Source: Tubulanus polymorphus
Lineage: Eukaryota > Animalia > Nemertea
Length of the DNA: 64,000 nucleotides
Direction: 5' to 3'
NCBI RefSeq assembly: GCF_964204645.1
Contig: NC_134025.1
Location: 11,594,001 to 11,658,000, forward strand
Positions 1-14,015 of the stretch are shown here, piece by piece. Position 1 is the stretch's first letter. Every line of letters begins with the position of its first letter. A program made the position numbers and the translations under genes. A model generated the notes under the pieces. That model searched no databases. It was not told the origin of the DNA and was given only the letters and a program-made list of their open reading frames with translations.

Positions 1-3000
1 TCCATACTCATAACGCCCCAGCTGCTGTCTGGCTGCTGTAGTTCACCGTATAAAACAGGTAGAATATTATTGCAGAGCGATCCATTATCCGTGCCTCTCG
101 ATAATCATGTATATACGTCGATGCGATGTCTCAATCTCGGACTGAACTGAGATTTAACCTTTGGCATAGCGGCAACGAAGATACCCTAGTGATCCCGATT
201 ATTATAGATTTGATATTTCTTTTCTGCGGGTTAAAGGATTGACAAAACATTATTTACAGTCTAACTGTAAATAAAGGATCACCATTGAATGAATGCATTT
301 TACTGCTCAATAGATATTACGTGATGTACATAGTTACAATATGGAATGCTATTTATCGAGAGGAAAACCTGGTTTATGATTATAACTTCCGTTAGTTATA
401 ACATGTCTGCTTCACCAGTGATACAATATGACAAATTTTGTCGGTTCTAAATTGTACAATACTCCTGACTTTTTGGTCATTTAATCGAAGGCAGTCGATA
501 ACATCATTTTAATAGACTTTGAACAAAATTTACTGACATCGGGAACTCAAAATTTCGACCCAAGACTGCGGGCGGCAGATGATCGAGGGTTGTACACAAT
601 ATGTAGGTCTGCGTCATATAACCAACTACATCCCTATCTCTTTATCCATCATAATTCTACTAACAACAAAACAATGATCTCAAAATCTACCAATACCCGT
701 ACCGAATCTTTCCCATTAGCTCAGGGCTACCAACCCCTGAAAAGTGCTATCAGTAACAAATTGAATTTTTTTCCGGTAACATTTCATTTGAAACATGAAA
801 GAAAACGTTCAAATTAATCAGTAATCAACAGTAAGACCCTAAGTAACATCTTTCATATTTCTGTATACATCCAACAAAAAATCAGTATTTCTTTTTATAA
901 AATAGTTACAAATATTAAAATCAGGAATAGTTGGCAGCTCTGTTAGCTGTACCGATAAGTTTTAGCAAAAGAAATTCAACTTAACAAAGGGATGCTTTAA
1001 TATGATGGCTAATAGATTTTTCCCACGCAGATGAGTTTGAATATAGAAATATAGACATTTTTGCAGAACTGTTACCTAAATAATGTGCCTTTAAATATTT
1101 GGCAAATAGACAAACTAATTTTCTAGTAGGCAGTATTCTGTTGGAGAATCTATCCGTTCAAAAACTTCAACAACGCCCAAAATTTATCGATGAAAAAACA
1201 TTTTCATGTGACATGAAGTTCTCAAAGTCAAAATGGTGAAAATTGAAAAGATATTCATGTTGACAAGTAGTCACATCCTATATTACAGTAAGACTAATAT
1301 CGGAGATAGATTAATTCATTCCAATTAGGAAGATTAATTTGAAATTTAATAACTGAATATTCAACATTGTACTGATTCGATTAACACTCATAACTGGCAC
1401 GTGTTGTTGGCTTATATAGTAGGGGTATCGATGTATTATTGATTATCATAGAACTTCGACGATCATCAAATATCCATCATAATCTCATTAAGCCAGTTGC
1501 TTATTATATTTCAATATCGATAAGAATTCTGAACGTTACTGGAAAAGCGTAACACCAGATGGCGTGACTGATAGTCGGTCTTATTGTATATTTCATAGCC
1601 TCCCACTGTGTACCATAGAAATGGTTGGAGTGTAAATAAAATCCTTACCCTTATGTTAGTCCAAATTGGTTAGTATTATTCAACTATGAACTGGATTTTC
1701 AGGCTCTAGAATCCAGAAATCATCTATCATACTTTCTACTTTGATAATTGACCTGGTATACTTAAGTTTGCATGATTTAAAAATTGAAATATTGGAGAAA
1801 TTCAGAATGGGAAAAATGCTGACAAACCTGGCCCAAGCACATGGGAGCATTGACACTGTAGGTCGACACTGTAGGTCTAGCATTAAGAAGCCTTGCAGGG
1901 TGGTTCAGGATCTTTCAAGTGAACATCCAAGTCAGTTATGTTGTTATGCTAGTTAATATATTGATTCATCTTCTGTAGATGAAAGCTTCAGAAAATCGAC
2001 ACATTTAAAAAGGATTTGTCAAAAGGAAAGTTTACCGGGGTAAAAAGGGCCGAAGAATAGAGAGAATAACGTGGTTCGGCCGAATGGATGAATTCTCACA
2101 TTCTGGCTACCAATCTGAATATACTAACATCATACAAGTCATACGACTACAATCGAATATTTAGTCATATAGCTCAACTTCAATATCAATCTGGTTAAAG
2201 GAGTTTGGATGAGAAGTTGTAATTTACGACCGGGTGCCATCTCTCCCCGATACTATGCTCACAAGCAGACTGTAAACAACACGTAGATTATATCGAAATC
2301 CGTATCGGTTCTATCCGGATTAAACGGATTCGACCGTACTTAAACCGTAATAACGGAACTTCAAGCCGACTGGAAATCTTCGTTCGAAAGTTTAAAATCT
2401 CATCAGTCTCCGTAGTCATCAATTTCATCTTGGCAGTCGGTAATTGAAGAACTTTTTTCGCGCATGAAATTGATGATTGAATAACGCGTTCAAAGCAGAG
2501 TCGAAAAAAGAAAAAAAACCAAACTCATTTTTCATTTTAAAACGCGGTCGATTCGCGATCTCCGCGAGTTAAGTAAAATCGACTATGACCGGGGTTAAGT
2601 AAACTCATGTTTCAATAATCTTTGATGTGGCGATGCGTATAAAATTACGCAGATTATCGAGAGTTGTTTACGAGTGCTAGTACATTCGAGATTAGCACTC
2701 TCCACAAATCGAAGTCTTATTCGTGTTCAGAGACTCCGCGTGGACATTACAGCTAATAATCGGGCGCGGCTTTGATGTTTCGCGGGATCGCCACTTTTTC
2801 GAACGCCGACTAGCTAGGGGATATATATATATAGCTCCATATATCAAGAGATTTTCGAATATCAGGCCCGTCTTGAGCGGTGACGGCGGCCAACGCTGCG
2901 TGCGACATCACAGGAGACGATTATGATTAATAGCCAGTAATGCATTATCCGTCAAGAAATAATAAATGTAACGAAAACGTCGCGACGTTGATAAATCGTC

Positions 3001-3235
3001 GCGGCCTCTCTCTCTTCGTCATTCGTCCCCGGAGACACGAGCAACAAAGATTTCGCCACGCTGCTGGTGGTGGTGGTGCATTGGTGCCTTCGTCGCGCGT
3101 TCATCCCTATCAAGGATTGGGTTTGCGTGTCCACCCGCCGGGGATCGTGATCGCGTTTAAAGATCACCGATATGAGTTCCACCAAACCAAAACTTTCAAA
3201 ATTCGAGGCATATCAAAAATCAACCCAGCATTATA

Positions 3236-3411
3236 CAGTGAGCCCCCCCCCCAGATATACCGCCCTCCCATTTATCGCCACCCTCGCCTACCGCAAGGTT
3301 TTCTCAATGTACATCTCAATACAAATACATAGTAAAACATCCCGAATATACCGCCATACTATCTATACCGCCATAGCGGTATATCGGGGGGGGGGGGGGG
3401 GGTGTTGACTG
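3236..3411. mobile_element. Tc1/mariner (pogo/Tigger-like) MITE
   Basis: TA|CAGTGAGCCCCCCCCCAGATATACCGC ... GCGGTATATCG(n)TGTTGACTG|TA: imperfect TIRs and a TA TSD. Contains a long poly-G run. Confidence 0.7.
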
Positions 3412-5435
3412 TAGCACTTACTCAAGAAAGACATTTCGAAAATCTAATTGATAATACAGCCAAATATAAATTTGCGAGATTGCAGATTGAAGACAGTTTC
3501 AAGGAACCATTATAATCAGCAAGGAGTTGTGGGGGAATTGATTGAATCGGGTTTTTCTATACCTCATCAAGAACTGAGCTAAACCATCAATCAATCTATC
3601 CAGAGGCCCAGATATACCGATATGGCTGTTGCGCTCACTTCCAATACTTTGGAAAAGTATTTCATTGAAATTTTGAGAAAAAAAATGGAAAGGATAAAAG
3701 CGAATAACTGCTAGTAAAAAATTGCAGACGCTGGAATCCTCACATGCCGCAGTTGTTTTCATTGTGGCATGTTTTCAGTATCTAATAGAACGAAAAAATG
3801 TACGTATCGACTGCAAAACCAAATCAAAGAAAAATTCTATTGAGTTGAAAATAACTATGACGTAAAAACCAATATATATATATAGCTTAAAATATATGGT
3901 CGACATTGAAAGAAGGTCATCACACCCGTTAACAACCCGACTGAGCCTGCGTATCAATAACCACTTGTCTTAGCTGCCAGGTTTCTATATATATATACAT
4001 ATATATTAGTATATAGATATCAATATCATAATAGCAAGTTCTCTGTTGATAGTGTCGTATCCGAAGACCAACTTTTTTTTCAGCCTTAAAAAGTTACGGC
4101 TTCGATGGGTCAATAATGTAAGCACTCGCTGCATATTTATCGCGATTATCACACTTGGAAAAAACAGGGCGATCGACGTCAATAGAAATTACGATATCAC
4201 AACTCAGGCGGCTGCGGCGCAAAAACGCAAGACGAAACTGTATACAAACAAATCTACGATCGGATCGATGGAATTTTTCTTTTAAGTCACTGTCTTATCT
4301 GCGCGGTGTAACCCTCGTCTAATATCGATGATCAGGCGATTCACGCACGAAATGTTGAATAAGGAAAAAATATATTTCACGAATACGAGCTGCTCGATGG
4401 TATTTAGATATGTTATAGGTTTAGGCATTCAGTGTCCTCTACGAAATCGTCTCTACATATCTTCTTATCTCTGAACTCCAGGTGGAATGACCACGATATC
4501 GCCGCGATCCTGATAGTTAACCGTGCAATTTTTACAGAATGGTTTTTGGTAGGGGCATACGAGCGTATTTTTTCGCTTGATCGCAGGGAGTTCATAGATG
4601 GCCCAAAGAAATCGACGACGATGATTTCACTGGCCGACTCGCCCAAAATTGTTTGATATATTTGGCCGATTATTTACACTAGCCATCGGATCGCCTGCAA
4701 ATTCACTCGTCGGCCCTTACTTGGTGAATTCCGTAGAGAAATCAAATTCTATCGACTTATATCCATTTTTGATATCATGTGATTTGTTAACTCTCTCCCT
4801 ATAAGCGGCATATGTAATCAGAACTTTCTCGTTATTGCACCCACTTGTATCGGGCGTAAAATACGCTCATCTGCCCCTAGCTTCAACGATCCAAAAGATA
4901 TTTGCCGACGAGTCGAATAAAGTTTGAATGCTAGAGATAAAAACCATTGGCACTTAACTCTCCCTACCCCTACTGCGATTAGTGCGCGAAAAACATCAAT
5001 TCGATAGAGTGAAAAGCTCCGGTTAAAAACATCGCTACTCAAAAAAAAAAGTTTTAAAAATCTCTTTTAGATATACTCGTTTATTCGCCCTATCGCGTAT
5101 AGTCTTTTTATTAACACTATATAATATTTATTTTCGAGTGTTTGTTTTAACGGTAAGCTTTTAACCGAATGAGTAAAGATAAACATTTTCTTTTCTGGAA
5201 GATGTTGTTTACGTGCGCAGGATTTCTGTATGTTTATTATAGATATCGGCGAATAAGACATCTGCAAACTACGCTTCTTCATCTATTTTCTTGATAGATT
5301 GGTCTATTAATATCATTTGTATACTACAACCAGGCTTGGCAGAAAAGTTACAAAATAAAGTTCTTTCGATGTGCCAATGCAACCGTGAAAGTGTGAATGT
5401 TCATTATGAAGATAGTGAAAACATCGATACTGTAT

Positions 5436-5670
5436 AACCGGCACACGAAGACACGTCAAATTTGGCCTGAGCCTAATGAGGGTGTTCATACATAAGTGAG
5501 TCACTTCCAAATCACGTCCGAACCTGTAGCAATAATTAGACCCGTGTTAAAATTTGGCTCGGGTTCCGTCCAACGTTTTTGGTCTAAGCCTGGGCCCATT
5601 TTGCACCTGTGTGAACAGTTCTTCCAGCCCTAATTCGGCACGGGCAAAAAACGCTCGCGCGATCGCGGCT
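5436..5670 (-). mobile_element. MITE family A, partial copy
   Basis: Ends with CGCTCGCGCGATCGCGGCT. Internal GGCCC/CCAAATT motifs are shared with the 17108 copy. Confidence 0.65.
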
Positions 5671-8101
5671 TATAATATTTCGACCATGTATGAAGAATAT
5701 TCAACACGAACTAAAAATAGACTCTTTTAGCGGATGAAACACCCAACAAATGCCCTTGAAAATCACGCAAGATAGATTTCGTCTTCAATGCATATCCGTC
5801 AATAATTCTAACCTACTCGACATTCATGCCAACGAACTACATTAAACATGCATATACACATCTTCGAGATCATTTCAGATAAGCGAATGATGACACATAC
5901 AGATGGAAATAATCCGAATTATGTTCTTTTTTTTAAAGAAAAAATCTCGGCAATAAATTAATCAATTAAATCATGGATAAGGCGACGTATAAATCTACGA
6001 AGCAATAACAGACACTCGCCAGAAAAGTATTGGCGATCACTCGCAAGATAAGCTGTTGATCGCTAGAAGAAGTAAACGCTTGATTTATATACACACAAAA
6101 CAACCCAATTAGTACGTAATAATCTACTCCCGAGAGAGCGTATCCAATAAATCTAACTGTTGTGAATGATTCACCTGCTAATAAACCGCGAAAAGCAGCA
6201 AATAAAGCCACCAAATGGGAGCCCTTTAAATCAAATAATGACGGTTTTATTGCCGTTTGGTTTAGTGAGGCACTAGACTTTCGAAACACCTGATATCTCG
6301 CGGGTCCATGTCCGAACAGCCGCAGGAATTCGAATGTTCGCCGATAAACTTGACTGGTTTATGCAGCGAGCGTAGAGTGCCCGGTCTAGATTATCTAGAT
6401 TATCGTGTGAATATAATCCGCCCGTGATAATTTCTGATTTACGCCGCCACGCGTGGAGAAAAGATGTTAAAGAAGAAAAAACATTTCGTTTCCACCAGAC
6501 AGACAGACGAACGTTGGCGATTTTATCTGCTCAAATCGTCGAAAAAAAATTTCTCTACGGCAGTCGCATTTCACAACTATACAAATATCTGTATAAATAA
6601 ACATAAAGAAATCGGCACGCGTAAACAACGTCTTCCTAAAATGGCCATTCGCATGATAGAAGAAGAACATGGCTTCTCACCGAATAGGTGGAATGAACAT
6701 TAAACGTAGAATGAAAATGTTGTTAAAAAACTGATACAAACCATCTAAAAATACGTTCCGAAGAATTCACACATACAAACGTTAAAGGCACTCTCGATTT
6801 TACGTAAAATGTGGCTGAATAACATAAAATGCCCCCCCCCCCCGGCAAACCATACATGGAAATTAATGCAATCTAAGATGTTACATTTTTCCAGCGTTAA
6901 AGCGTTAATTCATTTCAATTGTGGGATTTCATCTTCGTCGCGAAGCGGACCGGACATTGAATTGAACGACGTCAGAAAATGCAATCAGAATCTAATACAG
7001 AAAGAACGACGATGACATGACGACGGCGAAACACCCGGCACTGCTGTAGGCGGCGGAACGAACATGTCAGACTGATCATGCTTATTTACATAACACAGAG
7101 AAAGTCCCGAGAATGTATCAGGAATTATATACACGCGCACAAAAACCGAAATATTCATCAACTCTACAGGACTGAAGAATAAAATCGATACACCGCATAT
7201 CAAACCGCAAGCAGCACCACCGTCATATATCAATTCAATGAGGATATCACGCTTGAAAGTAATTCAAGCGACTACTTCAACAAGTCCTCATTGATGAATT
7301 TCTACTATGGTACGCCTTATATACGATACGGTCTTAAATTACTTATTTTACTTGCCCCGGAATCATTAGGCAAAACACAGTTCAGCGGCAAATCAATCGG
7401 GGCAAAATTTGGCTCGCGTCAACAAAACAAGTGGAACTTTTTTCTAAATTGCAGTTTGCCAAGTAAATGGTCAAATATTGCCAAATATTGCCAATCTACC
7501 AATACCTCATAAAGGGTCGAATTGGTTATGGTTGAAATCATGATCACGGTCAAGAATTCATATCACGATTCAAATATGCAAATGGTCACCTAATCCAATT
7601 CAGAGACCTTCTGGAAGTTGGCCCAAGGACATGCCAATCAACTCATAAGCCAGACTCAGGTCACCCTACGACATGATGGACTGTGATTACAGTCATTCAT
7701 TGATCAATTGACAATTAAAGGCTTTATTATACCAAAGAATCTTAATAAATTTTAAAAAAAGATAAATGAGCACCCAAGTGCACCTCCTTCCAATCATCAT
7801 GTTCTTCGTGCTACCTAGAAGTGCCATCCGTGAAACTTATCTAAATTTCAACTTGGCTTCATATAAGTAGCATGCATCACGATAAAACCCATTCAAACAC
7901 AATAATATTGAACGAAAACTGCAGAGAAAATCAGCACAGCACACGCGTGGATTCGAACCTATAGCTGTAATTTTAAACGATCATCAGAGCCGTGATCTGG
8001 CTGTGATCGATCGCAGAAGTGATTAGGTCGACTCCACGCAACCAGTCATACGATCTATCGGTCGCTGGCAGTTGGTAGATACGCTCAGGTCGCCACAACT
8101 G

Positions 8102-8228
8102 GGGCCAGTTGTTCAAAAGTTGGTCAGAGATAACCACCGGATCAATACCATAGTAACAATGAACTTTTGATCGTGACTATGTCAACTATCTACCGGTTAG
8201 CCCGAACCAACTTTTGAGCAAATGGCCC
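8102..8228. mobile_element. PIF/Harbinger-like MITE with CTG TSD
   Basis: CTG|GGGCCAGTTGTTCAAAAGTTGG ... CCAACTTTTGAGCAAATGGCCC|CTG. Confidence 0.75.
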
Positions 8229-8837
8229 CTGGTCACTGGAATAGCCACCAGCGAACAGTCATTCGAAATCCCAGTCATTTCTAGTGCCGTCGCATTGTAT
8301 AGGTGCGACCTGAATGGCGCTTTAGTTTTGGCGTTGGTATGTATACCAAGTAATCAGTTCAATCGCTGGTAGATCAGCGGTAATGCCACCCACCCTCAGA
8401 TTCTTAATTTTTCCACCTCTTCGATACACTTTTAAAAGCACACTTACTGGTGGGTCGGTTGAGGAATGCCTTTTGGAATGAAACAGCGAACTTCAAATTT
8501 TCCATTCGTCGGCACAACCATCGGCTGACCTGGGATAAGCTGAGGTTCAAAGTCTTCGGGCTTAATGCGACTCAAATCTGCAAGGAAGAGAACAATTCGT
8601 ATAACATTAAGCTTTTTTGAATCGGCGCTCCGGTTTTCCTAAAACTCTTGCCTCTCTTGCATTTTAAATGACAGAAAACAAGGAACGACTTGCTTACGAA
8701 CTAAAAAATGAAAAAGAAAAAGTTTTATAATAGAAACTAAGTACCAGACAGAAGTGTCGCAGGGAAATTGATTGGAGCTAAAACAAAATACGTTCCTGGG
8801 GGACACAAGTCCCTGGAACCTTTGCATCGTCACTTGC

Positions 8838-9144
8838 CCGGGTTTGATTACCTCATGCCAAAGCTAACGCAAATAAAACCCTGGCCGCAGTTCCCTCATT
8901 AGTATATTACACTGCCCAAATTTCTTAGGCAGACTTGTTGTTGATGCTCAGTGGCCATAGGTCTATACATCTAGCAAATCAGATGCGTTATCATGCTTGA
9001 GCAAATCTGCCGGGCAAAAACTTAGTTTTAGTGGCCGCTGAGCATCAAACCAAGAAATTTTGGGCGGTGTACTAGATCAAAGAAGGAACCTGTGGCCGGA
9101 GTTCGTATTGGCATGAGCTTCAGTGTAAGGCAATCAAACTCCGG
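8838..9144. mobile_element. Nested foldback: outer inverted-repeat element containing an inner CACTG-terminated MITE (8910-9069)
   Basis: Outer arms 8838-8896 and 9083-9144 are imperfect reverse complements. Inner element TA|CACTGCCCAAATTTCTT..AAGAAATTTTGGGCGGTG|TA, plus TTGATGCTCAGTGGCCA/TGGCCGCTGAGCATCAA. Confidence 0.7.
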
Positions 9145-10094
9145 CTAGCAAGGATGCTTTAATTGATGCGTGACAGGGAAAATCGTATGGTATGAAATTC
9201 TACAGGAAACACAACCCATATCAGTATCATTAGCTCGTGTAGTATTTTCATATTAATCTACTTGTAGTAAATGCTCCGAATGCCAGGCAGGTTATCACAA
9301 AGTTCAGAGGGATTCACAACTCTCTTCCGCCGGGAGAATTTAACACATCTGGAAAATCTGTTTGGGGGGGATATCTTCCGATCATCAAAACAGCACCGTT
9401 ATCATCGTTATCGTTGCGGTACGAGTTGAGGGGATGGCAGTTACTCGTATCCGACGCATACCTTTTCACGTACAAACAATGACAAACTAGTAGGTATACA
9501 TACAACGGGGCGCTCGCGGGAAAACATGGCTTTACATCGCCGCGAAGTGAATCAATCCCGCTCGTCTTATTTGAAAAACACGCGCGCAATCTCTCGGAAA
9601 GTGCGGCGAGCGGTTTTATCAGGTACTTTACTTGCAGCCAGCCGCGGATGCCTAGTCTATAAAATCTATCTAATTTGCACCCCGCAGATGCCGAGCGCTA
9701 GGAGGGCTGTAGTTATATCGGGTTGAGAGATTCAGCCGACAGCGGGCGGAAAAAATCTTCGCCGAAGTTGGCGAGAGTTTCGACTATCAGCAGTGTTAAC
9801 AACTATAAACACCGAGATTGTATTGAACGCGCAGCGAGGAATTTTCTATCATTTGAACTTTCTTTCGCGCAATCAAACTTCGCTAACGCTATTCATCGTT
9901 ATCATCTTATATGTACTTCAATTGCCGGGGGATAGTTTCTTCGAAATATGTCGATTAAATTGAAAAAACTACCCATAAAGATCAAGTAGAGATAACCAGT
10001 TGATGAAACGCTATTGCTATTCCGTGTTGTGACGATATATACAGAAAATCCCACGCTGATAAAATCCCACGCTGATATAACGAGATATATCATT

Positions 10095-10197
10095 AATGAA
10101 AATGACTATTAGGATATAGTCGAAAAGTCGGATGAATACATTTATAGCAGAAAGGAAACTTTTCAGACTTTCGTTACATCAGTGTGGGATTCTCTAT
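10095..10197 (+). mobile_element. Degenerate copy of the Penelope-like hammerhead-bearing repeat
   Basis: Shares ATGACTATTAGGATATAGTCGAAA and ..TGTGGGATTCTCT with 47371-47460. Confidence 0.65.
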
Positions 10198-13100
10198 ATC
10201 AGTTAGAGATATTTCCTAAAATAATGATAATAATAATAGGCATTTATAGGCCGCACTACACTGCGTCTCATTATGCTTAAAGTTAAGTTTTAAGACGATT
10301 AAGAGGTAGATTATTCCATAAAATTAGTGCTGCACGCACAAAAAGATCTACCGCCATATTGTTTTAGGTAAAACACGACACAACACAACTATTCACCGAG
10401 CGCAAAGAATGTCTTGGCTCATACAGACTCTCCAACTCCAAATGCATCTATTTTGCTGCTCAAAAGGTACTTTCTTGGCAAAAACTTGAAGACAGCAACC
10501 TCCCATTCAACTCACCGGTTGCCGTATAAAGGATCAGGGCAATTACGAGGAGAATGTGCCGTTTTTATCGATGATATCAAATCGAATGTACTTTTTTCGC
10601 GAACGCTGACCCCCGACACAAAATGCGCTTTTAATAGCGCGCAGAGAAAGCCCGAAAAGCAAATTTTCCCGACACAATTCTCGATTCTTTTTAATCAGAC
10701 CTTCGGGCTAAAACTCGACAGTCTGTCACACTGCGCCGTAATGAACAATGAAAAAACAAATTATGTACGCAAGTCTGCTATGAAAAATGGCCGCATAGGA
10801 AACTCTACTAAGATGTAGTCTTTACCGTCGAACAAGATTTCCTAGGTGAAATTAGTAGACCTAGCCAATTACACCTAATACATTTTGGCTATATCTAAAA
10901 GCATAAGTACATTAAAAGATATTTTTGATGTCAATGATATCAACCCGGCTCAATCCTTAAGTTTCCGAAACCCTTATTACAATGACTGGACAATGCCAAC
11001 TCGGAAAACAGACAATCTCTAGTTAAAGCTTTTGATGTAGTTTTTCAGCGGTGAGTATGCCTAGTTCTTGAAACAGAGCCCATGTATCATTTACCATCAA
11101 CGGGGAGGCCCTCTCACCTAAAACTATGCTTATATCTAAGTCGATCTATGTTAATATCTAGTAAAGTGTTGTGTCTAATCGGATGATACTCTTAGGATGT
11201 GTGTGCGTAAGTTGGAGTTATCATAATAATACTTGGTGAAATTTGGTGTGCATTCCATACAAAATTCATGATTTATTCATACATTAATCATACATTACAC
11301 CCCTAGGACTGTATCACCAGGCGAAACCTAGCGTAACAGCTTTTAAACAGTTTTGTCACTATTTACCTTGTCTGATTAGGCTTCTAACACAGGGCACCGA
11401 CTATGATTGATATTACGAAAGGTGAATTCGAGGTCAGAAGGCATACAAAACGTGAAGTCGAAATGAAATCTTTTAAAGTGCCGACATCAAACGTGAAAAC
11501 CGAATTGAAAACCTATTGTAATATAAAAAGTAGGATGTTGATACTTACTTGCAACTATCAGATCAGAAGAGAAAGTTTGCATCGGCCCATTTTCGCTGAG
11601 ACCCAAACACTTATAGGATCCGGCATCTTTATTACGTATTCCCGTTATGTACACAGAGCCATTGTTGAATACTTTAATCCTAAAAAAAGAAGAAAAAATG
11701 TTGATTATTTATCGAAGGACCTGATAGCGACCAGATTGAAAGTGCCTGACCTTTTAATTTTCATGAAAGAAACAAGCTTGATAGATACGAAAACTATGGA
11801 AATACTCAAATTTATTCGAAATACATTAAAATGTGATGCTAAAATTTAAGGCAAGATAGTGATATCCATAAGAATATCTAGCCTAAACAATTCTAAATGA
11901 AAACCTCCATACAAAATTAACCTACAAAATTTTTAGTTGAAAATTATATGAAGCGTCTTACAATCTCTTTATATCTGATTCTGTGCCCTAAGGAATAATT
12001 GACAATACAAAGATGTTCTTATAAGGGGGGCTGATTATGGCAAGTTTCGGAAAAAGCACTTAGTGGTAAAGAAATACGGTAAACCATGGGTAATGTGTAA
12101 CTTCAATAAGTTAAATGTTTAAGGTCTGGGATATTTTCTAATGACTTAGTCTGATGATTTTCAAGCCTTTGAGTGAAAACTACCATCTAGAAAAGGGACA
12201 GTGCTGAATTTTTAGTACCATGTATAGACTTATCTTAAAACAATTGCAGATCCGAGGTCTATGTGTATTTTACACAAATACATCATGTTTGGCTAGTTGA
12301 CTGGAATACCATATGCATTGCATCCTTTCTGAGACGGTTGCAGACCTGACTACCTCAGTGACATCGAAAATAGCAGTTTGATTTAAAATGAACAAGAAAT
12401 GATTCCAATTTTGAGAGTATTTTGATAAATTTGGTCTTTGAATAGTAATGGTAGTCAGGTCTGCGAATGTAACATAAAACTGCTCTCATAACTGACAGAA
12501 ACTAGTCAAAAGAAACTAGTCACACACTGTTACGGTCCATCGTTTTGCAGTCGACCACCAAATCACCCATTTGCAATCAGTCGCAAGTTCGTCTACGCCA
12601 AAAACGATTGGGGGCAAAAATATAGCTACAAAATGGAAATGTACCTGCTTGTGTTGACAAGTGGTTTATCGTTGAAATTCCACTCGGTGACGATCGCGCC
12701 GCTGTACGCGCAATCCAACCTAGCGTTTCCACCCAGTTTGACTAATTGCATTTTAGTGAATCTCTGCTCATCCAAATGCGCCGCGTTCATACCTGAAAAA
12801 TACGATCAAGATTTTCTGATGAACAGATTTATCGCTATAAAGATTTCGCCGTTAAGTCAAATAAACAATGTAATATGTTTGACCCGTGATTCCCAGTCAA
12901 GTGAAATTACTGATGGTCAAATTGATCAACCTTGATCAAATTCCAGTTACATAATTCAACGTTTCTTCAAATGGCGCCAATTTGGATGTAGTAAGTGTGT
13001 AGTATAGCGTTTCATAAAAAATCGAGGAAAATAATTGGCCCGAAAGCTTGAGAGATGAATATAAGACCGATGTAGCTCTAAATCACTCTTTTTAAAGCCT

Positions 13101-13785
13101 GACCATTCTACATTGATTTCAACTATTCTTTGCATTAAGAATGTCTAAAAGAGCAACATATTTTCTGCATTAACCAAAACCTCCTGCGGTCAGTCAGCAT
13201 TAAGGTTTTTTGGTTAAACTGTATCCGATGGTTTGTTTTTCATTCACTTCTTGTTTCCCAAAAAATCAAATTAATGCAAATACGTAGATCATTAAATTGT
13301 TGAATCTTTCCACTTCATCAACATGTACCGACCACGGTCTTAGATGATGGATTTTATGTATAGCTATAGGATCTTCGTTGTCTTTCTCATTTAGATTTGC
13401 GGGCTCATTTGTGGCACAGATGATAATGGGTATCCATCAACAGATGTACATAGGGAAACGGTTACTACCAGCCTACGAAGGGACCTATGAATAATGCTAT
13501 TTGCAGTTAGTCTTAGCATTTCTGCCGACGCTCATTCGATGCTTGCTCATTGAGTAAATGACGGATGCGTATTCATAAGTTATTGGCAGATTAATGACTC
13601 ATTATTATTGCTTTACAATTATTTGCAATGGTACGATAATAACAGATTGACGGGACCTCGACGCGCGGAGTTGTTGAACCCCGCACAGCTGCGGTCATTC
13701 TCAAACCCATCGACTCATAATGCGTACATTAGTTGTTATTGAACCTCGTGTAGAAATTGATAGTTCCCAGATTTCCACATAAGTA

Positions 13786-14015
13786 CGAAGAATGATCACG
13801 ATGAATAAGTCCCCTATGCCAAAAATTGAACTGAGATGGACCCCTCCTGGTAGACTTAGGCGTGGCCACCCCAAAACCACATGGAGACACACCATGACCA
13901 CTGAACTGTCTTTAGCTGGTCTTATCTGGGACACACAACACATAGCTAAAAACCAGTCCAAGTGGAAGAAGTTCGTCACAGCCCCCCAGAACAGATGAAG
14001 AGGATTGAGTAAGTA
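13786..14015 (+). mobile_element. RTE-clade LINE 3' fragment
   Basis: Translates to LRWTPPGRLRRGHPKTTWRHTMTTELSLAGLIW..AKNQSKWKKFV, a typical RTE ORF C-terminus, followed by a GAAGAGGATTGAGTAAGTA tail. Confidence 0.75.

Noticed and set aside
1-40. Possible next PTK7 exon after a minus-strand ctacag acceptor
   Set aside because: The in-phase translation (AARQQLGRYEYG) has no Ig features and the polypyrimidine tract is weak.
11403-11849. Longest ORF in the track (148 aa)
   Set aside because: No recognisable motif or splice partner. The length is compatible with chance.
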